DNA of 64,000 nt from Candidatus Micrarchaeota archaeon CG10_big_fil_rev_8_21_14_0_10_45_29 (GTDB lineage: Archaea; Micrarchaeota; Micrarchaeia; Anstonellales; Anstonellaceae): NCBI GenBank assembly GCA_002778455.1, contig PFCD01000002.1, positions 19,203-83,202 of the forward strand, given 5' to 3'. Positions 18,570-28,234 of this stretch are shown here, in pieces; position 1 is the first letter of the stretch; each line of letters starts with the position of its first letter. The notes beneath the pieces were generated by a model. That model was not told the origin of the DNA and did not search any database. It saw only the letters and a program-made list of their open reading frames with translations. The translations under genes and the position numbers were made by a program.

Positions 18570-20072
18570 ATGGCTAAACTTATTGAACAGAGCACTTTTT
18601 TTCCAGATAAAAATAAATTAATGCAAAATTTTAACTCATCTTTTGAAAAGCTTCTTCCTTTCCCCCAAAGAACCCTTATGGCGCAGAGCGCCATAGAGCA
18701 AATAAGGCAGTCATTAAGCAAGGAAAATTTCAAAAAATACGAAAATGTTTGCAAAATTGTGGGGCGCCTGGCAGAGCATGCCGAATACTTATCAAATATT
18801 GATTATGATAAAATAAGCTTTGAGAGAAAAAAAGACATCCTCTCAAAAGTGGATGTGTGCATTGACGGAATATGCTTAAAATTAGCAGAAATTGCGCAAA
18901 TAGAGCTTCCCACTTACAAGCATTTGTTCAACGAAGGGGAGAAAAAATCCGATACTCCGGTTCTGCTCTCAGAATATAAAGCCAATGCCGATTTCATTAC
19001 TGAGCCCATGTCCAAAAGAGAGATAATGGACGATATGTCTGATAGCTATTCTCCAAGAAATCTGGCAAGGCGGCTTCCCTCTCTTAAGAAAAAATATCTT
19101 TCTCTTCTCACAATCCACGGGGAAATTGCAAAAATAGAGCAAAAGCTAAAGCCGCTGCGCGCAAATGAAGAAAAAGAATTCTTAGACAAATATGACAGGG
19201 ATTGCGGCCTTCCTGCAAGGGATTTGAGAAAAGAGCTTGTGCGGCTTTTGGAAAAAGTTGAGGAAAGCTGCGGCGAAGCCATCGGCTCCAGATATGCATA
19301 TCCGTCTCAAGCCGCAAATTCAATATATCCCTCGCAGGGTGTTGCTTTGGAAAATTTCGAAAATCTTATGAAAGAGGAAATTCCCACCCTTTCTCCAAAA
19401 ACAGATTTTGGCAAAAATGCTCTAAACAAGCTAAAAGAGAAAATGGGGGAAAATTTTGAAAAATTTGAAGGCATTTGCAATGCCGCCGCGCGCCTGGCAG
19501 AGCATGTGCAATACATCTCACAGCAGGATTTGGCAAATTTCGGGCTTCACCAAAAAGCATTATGGCTTACAAAGGCAACTCTTGCAATAATGGGGCTTTA
19601 TCCGCGCATGTTTGAGCGGGCAGGCCTAAGCGAGCCCTCCATAGCAAATGACCATGTATATTTATTCTTTGGAGAAGAGCCATACTTAAAATTGCTCACA
19701 CCAATGCATTATCGCACCCTTATACATTTAATCCAAGATGAGGGCTATGAATATTCTGAGAAAAGCGTCCCTCAGCTTGAAGAAGAGCTCTGTGAAATTG
19801 AGAGAAAATATCTCCATCTTCTTCCCTTGCACGCTCTTCTCCAAGATATCTCTCTTTCCCTGGAACCCCTAACGCGCAATATTCACACAAACCGCATGCA
19901 ATTTATGGCAAATGCGTCCAGTCATAATGACTTTGCCAATTTATCCAAGTTCTGGGATTTAGTTGAAGAGCTTAACTTCCAAAGCAAAAAGCAGGGATAT
20001 ATCAATCAACTGCCGGACGGCATATTCTACGCGGCTAATTACTTAAAGGTTAAAGACCGCTATTCAATTTAA
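18570..20072 (+). CDS. Hypothetical protein with an internal duplication
   Basis: Two halves share ...F.K.E..C.....RLAEH.(E/Q)Y(L/I)S... and ...(K/R)KYL.LL..H......L.(L/E)PL. No known motif. Confidence 0.6.
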   Translation: MAKLIEQSTFFPDKNKLMQNFNSSFEKLLPFPQRTLMAQSAIEQIRQSLSKENFKKYENVCKIVGRLAEHAEYLSNIDYDKISFERKKDILSKVDVCIDGICLKLAEIAQIELPTYKHLFNEGEKKSDTPVLLSEYKANADFITEPMSKREIMDDMSDSYSPRNLARRLPSLKKKYLSLLTIHGEIAKIEQKLKPLRANEEKEFLDKYDRDCGLPARDLRKELVRLLEKVEESCGEAIGSRYAYPSQAANSIYPSQGVALENFENLMKEEIPTLSPKTDFGKNALNKLKEKMGENFEKFEGICNAAARLAEHVQYISQQDLANFGLHQKALWLTKATLAIMGLYPRMFERAGLSEPSIANDHVYLFFGEEPYLKLLTPMHYRTLIHLIQDEGYEYSEKSVPQLEEELCEIERKYLHLLPLHALLQDISLSLEPLTRNIHTNRMQFMANASSHNDFANLSKFWDLVEELNFQSKKQGYINQLPDGIFYAANYLKVKDRYSI

Positions 20073-20118
20073 GGAAAATCTCACTCCAATCAAAGGGAGC
20101 GGCTTATGCAGGAAAACA

Positions 20119-20721
20119 CTAGCCTTTTTTCATCTCTTTTGCTTTTTGCAAAAAATACTCATGAATTTTGCAAGTGCTCATCTCGGGGTGGCACGCTGCG
20201 CCCAAATAATATTTTCCCTCTTTTTCCTGCTCAATAATTGCCGCCCCGCCATCCGGCAATTTTGCCAATACATTAACGCCTGCCCCAATACTCTTTATTT
20301 TGGGCGCGCGTATAAACATTATTTTCTCATCATCAAGCAAAGCGCAGGAAAGGACGCTCTCAAAAGAGTCAAGCTGGCTGCCATATGCGTTTCTATCTAT
20401 CTCAACATCCATCAACTCAAGCCCTTTTTGCCCCTCTATTTTGCCGTTTGCTTTTTTTGCCATTAAAATAAGCCCCGCGCAGGTGCCAAATATTGCATTT
20501 ATTTCCTTCAAAAGCCCAAGCATCCCTGCTCTCTCAAGCAATAAGCTCAAAGTAGTGCTCTCACCCCCCGGCAAAATAATGGCATCCAGCCCTTCCAAAT
20601 CCTGCGCATCCCTTGCCTGCACCACTTGCGCCTCAATCCCGCAAGCTTCGCTCGCCTTCTGCATCGCCTTAACATGCTCTATTACGTTTCCCTGCAAAGC
20701 CAATACTCCTATTTTTAGCAT
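20119..20721 (-). CDS. pdxT: Pyridoxal 5'-phosphate synthase glutaminase subunit PdxT
   Basis: GVLALQG, GGESTT, GTCAG (nucleophile Cys) and HPE motifs. Confidence 0.93.
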   Translation of the reverse strand: MLKIGVLALQGNVIEHVKAMQKASEACGIEAQVVQARDAQDLEGLDAIILPGGESTTLSLLLERAGMLGLLKEINAIFGTCAGLILMAKKANGKIEGQKGLELMDVEIDRNAYGSQLDSFESVLSCALLDDEKIMFIRAPKIKSIGAGVNVLAKLPDGGAAIIEQEKEGKYYLGAACHPEMSTCKIHEYFLQKAKEMKKG

Positions 20722-20822
20722 AATATTATTTGCACATAAATTCATTTAAGCCGTATTTAGGTGGTTTTATAAAGCATAATATGTATAATAAGAATAGAAC
20801 AAACAAAAAAGGTGCGTGCATT

Positions 20823-21290
20823 ATGATTCAACTGCAAGCAACAGATGTTCCCAAGAAAAATATTCAGGCTAACGAAAACGGCGCGGGTGCCGCAACCTCA
20901 ATTCTTTTTAGAAAGCGCATGTTTAGCGATTGCACAAGCGGCTTTCCTCCGCTGGCATTGGGGCTTGTTTCCATTTACACCGAAGAGATAAAAAAAGTGT
21001 CAAAAATCAAGGATTCTGATGAGCGCTCAAAAAATTTCCAAACAATTGCCAATCTTATAGCATATGAGCCAAAAGAGGCATTAGACAATAAAAAGAAGCA
21101 AGAGCTTTTCAAAGAGCTTTTCCAAACAGCCGCAGAAGCTGGAAAAAATGATGGCAAGTCATATCTGAAAACAAGGGAAACTTTGAACTCAATACTAAAG
21201 AGCATTCACAACTGCACTACTTTCACAACTTCGGAAGCAATTAAATTTACTTCAACTATTATTGCCTCATTTTGGAATCTTAAGGATTAA
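20823..21290 (+). CDS. Hypothetical protein (155 aa)
   Basis: ATG at 20823 is preceded by AAGGTG. No recognised motif. The 3' end overlaps the convergent aminotransferase gene by 11 nt. Confidence 0.4.
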   Translation: MIQLQATDVPKKNIQANENGAGAATSILFRKRMFSDCTSGFPPLALGLVSIYTEEIKKVSKIKDSDERSKNFQTIANLIAYEPKEALDNKKKQELFKELFQTAAEAGKNDGKSYLKTRETLNSILKSIHNCTTFTTSEAIKFTSTIIASFWNLKD

Positions 21291-22593
21291 TTTCCTCATT
21301 TTTATACTCTTCAAACAGTTTTGCAAACAGCTCAGGCACCAAAGCCATACGCTCCGGCGCCTCAACATACGCTATTCTCATCTGCTTTTTCCCCGGGTTC
21401 TCCTCCCCATCAGCAACAGAGTAAAATCCTTCCATAGGCGCCACAAGCAAAGTCATTTGTTTGCCTTCAATTTCAACGCTTCCCTCGCGCGCGCAATACA
21501 TCACAAACTCTTTTGCATCAAATTTTTCATTGCAAATTTTGCTTACATCAACAACAGAATACATGGATGCATCAGGGCTTGAGACAATTAACCCCGGCAT
21601 TTTCTCCCGCAACCCGCTGCTCACCTCAAGCATCATCTTTTTGTAATGCCCCCTCTGCTTCTCATACCATTTTTGCAAATTCTCATGGCTCTCATGCGCC
21701 AAAGCCCCAAATATGTATTGCCCTATTGCGTTGGGGCATAAATTAGCCGTATATTCTGCCACGCTCTTTTCATGAAACTCCTTATTATCTGTTACAAGGG
21801 CGCCTATGCGAAGCCCGCATGCATTCCACACTTTAGATGCCGTCTCAATGCTAATTCGTTTTCCCTCAATTCCAGAAACAATTTTATTATCAATTGCCCA
21901 AACGCTGGAGGGCTTCTCCCCCGTATAATGCAATTCCCTGTATGCCTCATCAGACACCATCCACATATCGTATTTTACGCACAATTTTGCAAGCGCATTC
22001 ATCCTCTCCTGCGAAAAGAATTGCCCGGTTGGATTATCATAAGGAATCACAACCATCGCGCCCGGCTTATGCCTTTTTATCATCTCCTCTATTTCCTCCA
22101 TTTTAGGCAAAGAATATTTTCCGTCCTCCCCCAAAGCACGCCTCACAGAAATCGTTTTTCTTCCCACTCTTTGCGCAAAAAGCATATAATTTGTATAAGC
22201 AGCATCAATTAGCAAAAGAGGCGCTTCCGAGCTTCCCGCAGCGCCGCAGCAGCCGACAATTGCCAATTCCATTCCCATGCTGCCCCCATCCAATATTTGG
22301 CTGTATAGCCCTGCAGTTTCAAACCCGCTTGAGGCAATCACATTTAGAACCGCCTTATTTGCCTCCGCTTCCCCGCGAGTTGCAGTATATTTCACCGCCC
22401 CGCTCTCAAAAGGGCTTCCCGCCGCCCCAAGCTCTTTCATTCTTTTTTGCATTGCAGGGTGCATAGGCAAAGAAACATTTCCAATCGCAACATTTATTGC
22501 CTCAATTCCTTTTCCTCTTTTTGCAAATTCAATGGAGGCAAGCCTTATTGCAGAGGGCGCCCTTGCCTTAAAATGCTTTGAAATTTCAGCCAT
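21280..22593 (-). CDS. PLP-dependent aminotransferase, class I/II
   Basis: SKVWNACGLRIG (PLP-lysine motif), YDNPTG and 437 aa. Confidence 0.85.
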   Translation of the reverse strand: MAEISKHFKARAPSAIRLASIEFAKRGKGIEAINVAIGNVSLPMHPAMQKRMKELGAAGSPFESGAVKYTATRGEAEANKAVLNVIASSGFETAGLYSQILDGGSMGMELAIVGCCGAAGSSEAPLLLIDAAYTNYMLFAQRVGRKTISVRRALGEDGKYSLPKMEEIEEMIKRHKPGAMVVIPYDNPTGQFFSQERMNALAKLCVKYDMWMVSDEAYRELHYTGEKPSSVWAIDNKIVSGIEGKRISIETASKVWNACGLRIGALVTDNKEFHEKSVAEYTANLCPNAIGQYIFGALAHESHENLQKWYEKQRGHYKKMMLEVSSGLREKMPGLIVSSPDASMYSVVDVSKICNEKFDAKEFVMYCAREGSVEIEGKQMTLLVAPMEGFYSVADGEENPGKKQMRIAYVEAPERMALVPELFAKLFEEYKNEEINP

Positions 22594-22709
22594 TTATCCA
22601 CCCGTTTTAAATATATTTTTTCACCCGGCCACTTCAAATTTGCCAAGCCCTTTTTTCAGCCCGCTTTTTATTTGTTCAACATTTGCTTTTGAATTACATA
22701 TGTTCCTAA

Positions 22710-23363
22710 TCACTTAAATATTCTCCCCGCCCCCTCGCTCCAGAAAAGCAAATCAAGGTGCGCGATAGGCACTTTTGCAACAGAGGAGAATTCAAGCATT
22801 TTTTCCTCAATTTCCATATATCTCTTTTTTCCAAGTGATGCCGGAATTTCCTCAATTGCCCCGTATTTTAGCAAATTTTTCATTATATGCCTGTCAAGTA
22901 TTGCCACATCTTCCCCATACCCGATATTTCTCAAAAAATGCCCCGCCTCTTTCATTCCAAGCCCCTTAACATCCGCAGCCAGCGCATTTCTCACTTCTCG
23001 CGCATTTGCATATTTTTTCAAATAAGCAGAAAGCTCCCCTTTCCCAACAAGTTTCTCCCTTGCCTCAATTATAAATTTTGCCTTGTTATTATGAAACCTT
23101 ACTCCGGCTTCCAGCAAAACTTTTGCAATTTTCTTGCCATTTTTAGAGAAAAGAAGCCCTTCCGCCTGCAATTTCTGCTGAGCCTTCCACGCGGCGGCGG
23201 CAGAGGAATTTGCGGCGCATATGCAAAAGCAAAGCTCACCCGCAATAATCTTTGAATCCGCGCCCCTCAATTTCTCAAAATCGCAGAGGCGCAAAACAAT
23301 TTCATTCTTTTTCTTATTATATTGTTTAAGAAGAATCTCTCTATTGGAAAATTCTTTTTTCAT
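22710..23363 (-). CDS. ogg: 8-oxoguanine DNA glycosylase/AP lyase, archaeal Ogg (HhH-GPD)
   Basis: HhH motif GLGMKEAGHFLRNIG with catalytic Lys, then ILDRH Asp. About 217 aa, like archaeal Ogg2-type enzymes. Confidence 0.8.
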   Translation of the reverse strand: MKKEFSNREILLKQYNKKKNEIVLRLCDFEKLRGADSKIIAGELCFCICAANSSAAAAWKAQQKLQAEGLLFSKNGKKIAKVLLEAGVRFHNNKAKFIIEAREKLVGKGELSAYLKKYANAREVRNALAADVKGLGMKEAGHFLRNIGYGEDVAILDRHIMKNLLKYGAIEEIPASLGKKRYMEIEEKMLEFSSVAKVPIAHLDLLFWSEGAGRIFK

Positions 23364-23378
23364 GGAAGCTCACATATT

Positions 23379-24269
23379 TTAGTTTCCTCTAACAGAGAGC
23401 TTCTCTTTCTCATCCATGGTGCGCACATCCAAGCTATTCATGCAATCTCCCAGCCCTTCGCTCACCCGCGCGATAAGCGAGGCATCCTCAAAATGCGCAA
23501 CCGCCTCAACAATCGCTTTTGCCCTCTCTTTCGGATTAGCTGATTTGAATATTCCCGAGCCCACAAACACGCCGTCGCAGCCCATTTGCATGCAAAGCGC
23601 CGCATCCGCCGGCGTGGCAATCCCTCCCGCCGCAAAATTCACGACAGGCAATTTTCCAACAAGCTTTACTTTTTCAACAAGCTCAAATGGCACTCTCATC
23701 TCTTTAGCCATTTTTTCCATCTGCCCCGCATCCGCGCCCTTCAAATCCTCAATCGCCACAAATACTGAGCGCATATGCCTCATAGCTTCCACAATGTTTC
23801 CGGTGCCTGCCTCCCCTTTGGTGCGAATCATTGCCGCCCCCTCATTTATTCTTCTTAACGCCTCCCCTAAATTCCTGCATCCGCAAACAAATGGCACATT
23901 AAATTTATTTTTCTTAATATGCCTCTCCTCATCCGCAGGAGTAAGCACTTCCGATTCGTCAATATAATCAACTTTTAGCGCCTGCAACACCTGCGCCTCC
24001 ACAAAATGCCCTATCCTGCATTTTGCCATCACAGGAATTGTCACAGCCGCCTTTATTTCCTTAATTTTGAGCGGGTCGCTCATCCTTGCAACCCCGCCGT
24101 CCCTTCTGATATCTGCAGGCACCCTCTCCAATGCCATTACCGCAACCGCCCCTGCCTCCTGCGCAATCTTCGCCTGCTCAGCGTCTGTAACGTCCATTAT
24201 TACGCCGCCCTTTAGCATCTGGGCAAGGCCTGCCTTAATCTCAAAAGGTGTGCTCTCCTGTGATTCCAT
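23379..24269 (-). CDS. pdxS: Pyridoxal 5'-phosphate synthase lyase subunit PdxS
   Basis: [12 protein letters not shown] and [12 protein letters not shown] motifs. The ATG at 24269 has GGGAGGAAA upstream. An alternative ATG lies at 24287. Confidence 0.96.
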   Translation of the reverse strand: MESQESTPFEIKAGLAQMLKGGVIMDVTDAEQAKIAQEAGAVAVMALERVPADIRRDGGVARMSDPLKIKEIKAAVTIPVMAKCRIGHFVEAQVLQALKVDYIDESEVLTPADEERHIKKNKFNVPFVCGCRNLGEALRRINEGAAMIRTKGEAGTGNIVEAMRHMRSVFVAIEDLKGADAGQMEKMAKEMRVPFELVEKVKLVGKLPVVNFAAGGIATPADAALCMQMGCDGVFVGSGIFKSANPKERAKAIVEAVAHFEDASLIARVSEGLGDCMNSLDVRTMDEKEKLSVRGN

Positions 24270-24293
24270 AATTATTTCCTCCCGCATATATAT

Positions 24294-24387
24294 GGGGGGA
24301 AATGTTTTTTATTGCCTATAGTATGGAAAAATTAGGAAAAGGGGGGAAATGTTTTTTATTGCCCATAGTATGGAAAAATCAGCAAAA
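24294..24387. repeat. Tandem 47-bp duplication in the pdxS upstream region
   Basis: GGGGGGAAATGTTTTTTATTGCC(T/C)ATAGTATGGAAAAAT... occurs at 24294-24340 and 24341-24387. The copies are near-identical. Confidence 0.9.
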
Positions 24388-24419
24388 AAAAATAAGCAAA
24401 AAATGGCTTCTTTGGCGTT

Positions 24420-24764
24420 TTAGCAAAATGCGCCCGATGAGAGAAGGTATGAGAAGCTCGGGCCCTGTTTAATCCCTATCTCCCCTTCCTTGCCGATGGT
24501 ATAGGGATTTTCCGAAATTTCGCCTTTTGCGACCGCCTTTTGCGCCTGCGCGAAAATAGCCGCGCTTCTCTTCTGCAATTCTCCGTTTTTCAAAAGCCCG
24601 TTTTTTTTGTCTTTCAACAAATTAACATATTTTTGCTCAAGCAATTCCAGCGAATCCATGCCTTTGTCTGCTTTTTTAACCGCAATTTTCATGGCATATG
24701 CGCTGCCGTTTCCGTTTGTTTTGCCATTCTTAAAATCCCCGTTTTTATATCCAACAACGCTCAT
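24420..24764 (-). CDS. Hypothetical protein (114 aa)
   Basis: ORF with a Gly/Lys/Asn-rich N-terminus. No recognised motif. Confidence 0.4.
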   Translation of the reverse strand: MSVVGYKNGDFKNGKTNGNGSAYAMKIAVKKADKGMDSLELLEQKYVNLLKDKKNGLLKNGELQKRSAAIFAQAQKAVAKGEISENPYTIGKEGEIGIKQGPSFSYLLSSGAFC

Positions 24765-24912
24765 TTTAACTAACCTCTTTGTTTTATCTGTTCTACTTCC
24801 TCTGGACTGCTATACTTTCTCTGGCATTCTGCCCATATTTAAATGCTGTGTCATATTTGGCGCAAATCCATATGCTTTTTACTCAAATAAGTAAAAAGAG
24901 GCATAAACAGGT

Positions 24913-25755
24913 TCAAATCCAGGGCATCAAAGCCAAGAACTTTTCCGAAGGCGCATCCCCGGCGCCGGCTTCAACTCGTCCAGTGATATCATGCAATAAT
25001 TGTTCAAACTTCACATAGCCCGCTTTCTCATTAAAATGCCCCGCGCCCGGCACAATGGTAAGCGCTGTTCCCAGTTTTTTTGCCAGATGCTTTCCCAGCT
25101 CCATCGACACATACGGGTCATCTTCAGATTGGAAAAGGGTAAGCAAGCCCGCGTTTCTTTTTATTTTCCTCATTGGCAACGGCTCTTGTATAAACGTCTC
25201 AAACATCGGGTCATACTCAGGCATCCCAAGGGGCTTGAGAAAGCCTGCAACAAGGTATGCCGCCCTTACAGGGCTGTCTAATTTTGAGAGAATATGCAAA
25301 ATAAGCGCCGCGCCTATGCTATGGCCTATCAGCACAGTATTCTTGCCAAACTTTGGGCTATGCCTCTCAAGCTCGGCCATCCAGTTTTCAAGAGTCTGGC
25401 CTTGCGGGGTCGGAAAATTAGGCACAGTCACCTTATGCCCCCTTGCCTCCAGCTCCTTTTTCAGGTAAGGGAACCAATTCTCTTCAGAATGCCCAAGGGT
25501 GCCATGAAAAATATACACGTCCAGAAATTCCGGAATTTTTTGAATGCTTTCTGGAGAAGGCTTTGCCGCATGGCACCTTCGCCCAACGGCAGCATCCCCG
25601 CTATTTGCATATGCGTTTTCCTGCCCGTACATCGGGCTGCCCCCTGAAATAGAGGCAAATGCACGGATAAGAAACCCTGGCTCGGCTATTTTTATAGCAT
25701 TTGGGGGGGTTCTTGCCGCTTTCTCATTTTTCCCAAAAATTCTCAAGGCTTTCAT
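24913..25755 (-). CDS. Alpha/beta hydrolase (YdeN/RBBP9-like serine hydrolase) with N-terminal extension
   Basis: GHSIGA nucleophile elbow and a PGAGHF His region. Its start lies 1 nt after the stop of the upstream gene. Confidence 0.7.
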   Translation of the reverse strand: MKALRIFGKNEKAARTPPNAIKIAEPGFLIRAFASISGGSPMYGQENAYANSGDAAVGRRCHAAKPSPESIQKIPEFLDVYIFHGTLGHSEENWFPYLKKELEARGHKVTVPNFPTPQGQTLENWMAELERHSPKFGKNTVLIGHSIGAALILHILSKLDSPVRAAYLVAGFLKPLGMPEYDPMFETFIQEPLPMRKIKRNAGLLTLFQSEDDPYVSMELGKHLAKKLGTALTIVPGAGHFNEKAGYVKFEQLLHDITGRVEAGAGDAPSEKFLALMPWI

Positions 25756-25756
25756 T

Positions 25757-26425
25757 TTAACCCCTCATTCTTACAAACGCCTCTTTCACAACATCATTGT
25801 CCATGAATATCTTGTCTGCCCTGTCCAAATACCTTGCCATAATGAGAGGAATCTCAGCCTCAAACTGGTATTCGTTTCCAGGCCTTGCCTGGCCCCCGAA
25901 TTCGGCATAAGGGCCCATGCTTCCAATAGTCATGTTGTGCTGCACTATCATCTGGGTTCTAAGCTCTGCTCTTGTGTCCCTCATCATGGCGCAGAACTCG
26001 CGATTTCCCTTCGCATTTGGAAACACGGCCACTATGGTGGTGAGATTGGTTTTTGCATTCAAAAAATTCTTGTCAGAGAACTCAAGCTGGTCTGCCAGCA
26101 GGTTTATCACCTTCTTCATGCTCTCGTAAGAAACGCTTTTGTGCCCGTCCAGAAAAACCCCCAACGAAAAGCCGTTTTCCTGCAGGATGTATTTTACGAA
26201 AGGGCAGTATTTGTTTTCACTCACCTTGTGAAAATACGCCGTTGCCTCTACTATTGCAGGATGCGCTGTGCGCACAATTCCTCCGCCTGAAAACTTGTCA
26301 GGATTGCTTATGTATTTGAAAAAGTCAGTGCCCTTAACCGACTTTTGCGGCGCAAGCGCTATGCCGCAATTTGCCGCATCATTTGCTTTCAATTGAGCAA
26401 GATTTAGCATTTTCATAAAAATCAC
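25757..26425 (-). CDS. Hypothetical protein (222 aa), middle gene of a three-gene operon
   Basis: Tightly packed between 26436..27278 and 24913..25755. No motif that I can assign confidently. Confidence 0.55.
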   Translation of the reverse strand: MIFMKMLNLAQLKANDAANCGIALAPQKSVKGTDFFKYISNPDKFSGGGIVRTAHPAIVEATAYFHKVSENKYCPFVKYILQENGFSLGVFLDGHKSVSYESMKKVINLLADQLEFSDKNFLNAKTNLTTIVAVFPNAKGNREFCAMMRDTRAELRTQMIVQHNMTIGSMGPYAEFGGQARPGNEYQFEAEIPLIMARYLDRADKIFMDNDVVKEAFVRMRG

Positions 26426-26435
26426 CTTTCAGGAA

Positions 26436-27278
26436 TTAACAGAAAAATCCTCCGGGATTTAACATGCGCCCGGTTTTTGGGTCTATTAAATGTTCGGGCC
26501 TGTTGTCCTTTTTTGCCATAATGAAAACCGGATAACTGAGGGGAATAAGGGGCTCCTGAGAAAAATATCCGGCCGGCCCGGCATAATGGATTTCTATCTC
26601 CTGAGCCGTGAATTTCTCGCGGTTTTCCAGCATGCGCATTCCAACATATTGCTCCAGGCCCATCTTGTCAGGATTTTTTGACATCGGGCCCATGGTCATG
26701 TGATATGCTGCCGGACGGATTCCGCCGGTAATTCTCATTACCTCGCTGAAATGTTTCTCTCCGCTCAAATCAACAAGGCGCGAGTACTCCTCTTGGCTGT
26801 ATGGGCCAAATGCCATGAGAAGAAGGGTGGAATCCCCCTTCCCGCTGTCAAAGAAAGCCCCTATTCTCTCGGCCGCCAGGTCCATCACATAGGGCAGCGG
26901 ATAGGTCGCCTTGCGATAATCTATTGGGAAAAGGCCGAACATAAGCGGGACCATGTCGTATTCGTCCGAGAGGGGGGAGTAAACCACAATGGTTTTTCCC
27001 ATTATCTTTTCCTTCATCTTCTGAAAATACGTCACCCCGTCGCCGCGCACGCGGCTCTCAATCTTCTCGCCATGGCCCTCCCCGGCCATTTTGATTATCT
27101 CCTCCAGCCCCACAAGTTTCTTTCTCCTGACCTCCACCTCCACGCGTTCATCGACCGGGAATTTCGCCATGGCTATCGCCCTCTCCATGGCAGTGGGTCT
27201 GAACACGGAGTTGTTTTTTCTCTGGGTTTGTTCTTTGTTATGCACATTGTTCTCATTTTTTTTGATTTCAGCTTTCAT
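26436..27278 (-). CDS. Hypothetical protein (280 aa), first gene of a three-gene operon
   Basis: ATG at 27278 (MKAEIKKNENN...). The longer ORF to 27458 would run into the divergent gene. Confidence 0.5.
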   Translation of the reverse strand: MKAEIKKNENNVHNKEQTQRKNNSVFRPTAMERAIAMAKFPVDERVEVEVRRKKLVGLEEIIKMAGEGHGEKIESRVRGDGVTYFQKMKEKIMGKTIVVYSPLSDEYDMVPLMFGLFPIDYRKATYPLPYVMDLAAERIGAFFDSGKGDSTLLLMAFGPYSQEEYSRLVDLSGEKHFSEVMRITGGIRPAAYHMTMGPMSKNPDKMGLEQYVGMRMLENREKFTAQEIEIHYAGPAGYFSQEPLIPLSYPVFIMAKKDNRPEHLIDPKTGRMLNPGGFFC

Positions 27279-27385
27279 TTTAATCACCAGTAAATGTTTT
27301 GTATCCTTCTCTGCCTCCAGCTTCAACTTAAAGCTTCTGTCACAAATGGCATATATTAATAAATATTTACTCATATATGATATGT

Positions 27386-28024
27386 ATGGCACAAATAGAC
27401 AAACTGGTGGAAAGCTATCTGCTGCAAAATCCGGCAATAGCGAAGGCATACTCTGCAAAGCTTATCAACAGGCGCGCCCTCGCGAGAAGGATAATCGAGG
27501 AAAACAGGGAAATTTCCTTAAGAAACTTCGAGGCGGTGATAGCCGCGCTAAGGCGCGCGAAATTTGACAAAGAAAATGTTGCCTCCAAAAAGATATCCTC
27601 CTCTTTTCGCGTATCCGTAAAAGACGACATAATGGTGGCATCTTTGGCAAAAACAAAGGACATAATGCGAAATACCGAGCGCCTCATGCAAAAAATCTCA
27701 TATGAGAAAAACGAAACATTCAAATTCGTGCTTGGCTCTGATTCCATCAAAATATTCTTGGACGAGAAAAACCTGCATCTCATAGATTCCATAGCAACAA
27801 AAAAGGACATTTTATACATTCGCAGGAAAATTTCAGAATTTTCCCTCCATTTTGGCGAGTCGGCCTCCTCCTCAAAAGGGATTCTCTCCTACGTCTCCTC
27901 CGCCCTCTCAATAAACGACATCGCGATAGAGGAATTTCTAACCTGCTCTCCTGAGTTGCTTATTTATGTTGATGAGAAAAACACGCTAAAGGCGTACGAC
28001 ACCCTTAAAAAAATGCAAAAATAA
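27386..28024 (+). CDS. Conserved-looking hypothetical protein, possible N-terminal HTH plus C-terminal ACT-like fold
   Basis: MAQIDKLVESYLLQNPAIAKAY... A beta-alpha-beta-like C-terminal region (GILSYVSSALSINDIAIEEFL). Assignment is tentative. Confidence 0.4.
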   Translation: MAQIDKLVESYLLQNPAIAKAYSAKLINRRALARRIIEENREISLRNFEAVIAALRRAKFDKENVASKKISSSFRVSVKDDIMVASLAKTKDIMRNTERLMQKISYEKNETFKFVLGSDSIKIFLDEKNLHLIDSIATKKDILYIRRKISEFSLHFGESASSSKGILSYVSSALSINDIAIEEFLTCSPELLIYVDEKNTLKAYDTLKKMQK

Positions 28025-28042
28025 CGTGCGCATCCAAAATGC

Positions 28043-28199
28043 GCCCTCCAGCAAAGAAAGCATCGCCTAAAAGTTTGCCAAAAACCCCCGCGCCAAAAAA
28101 ACACAAAAATAACAAATACAGCAAAAACAAGCCCTCCAGCAAAGAAAGCATCGCCTAAAAGTTTGCCAAAAACCCCCGCCCGCCAAAAAAACACAAAAT
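28043..28199. repeat. Two ~67-69-bp direct repeats, period 88 bp, downstream of mcm
   Basis: GCCCTCCAGCAAAGAAAGCATCGCCTAAAAGTTTGCCAAAAACCCCCGC..GCCAAAAAAACACAAAA occurs at 28043-28109 and 28131-28199. The copies differ by a 2-nt indel. Confidence 0.9.
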
Positions 28200-28234
28200 A
28201 AATTTCTAAAATTTAAGCAAACCCTTTTACAAAT

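Noticed and set aside
25544-26290. 248-aa plus-strand ORF across the hydrolase/unknown-gene junction
   Set aside because: It overlaps two tightly coupled minus-strand genes, one of which has a clear alpha/beta-hydrolase motif. The translation looks non-protein-like.
28039-28158. 39-aa highly basic peptide ORF (MRPPAKKASPKSLPKTPAPKK...) inside the 67-bp repeats
   Set aside because: The second repeat copy is read in a different frame and terminates the ORF. Coding is therefore not what conserves the repeat. There is also no ribosome-binding context.
28043-28199. Possible CRISPR array
   Set aside because: There are only two repeat copies of ~67 bp separated by 21 nt. This is not a repeat-spacer architecture, and no cas genes are in the window.
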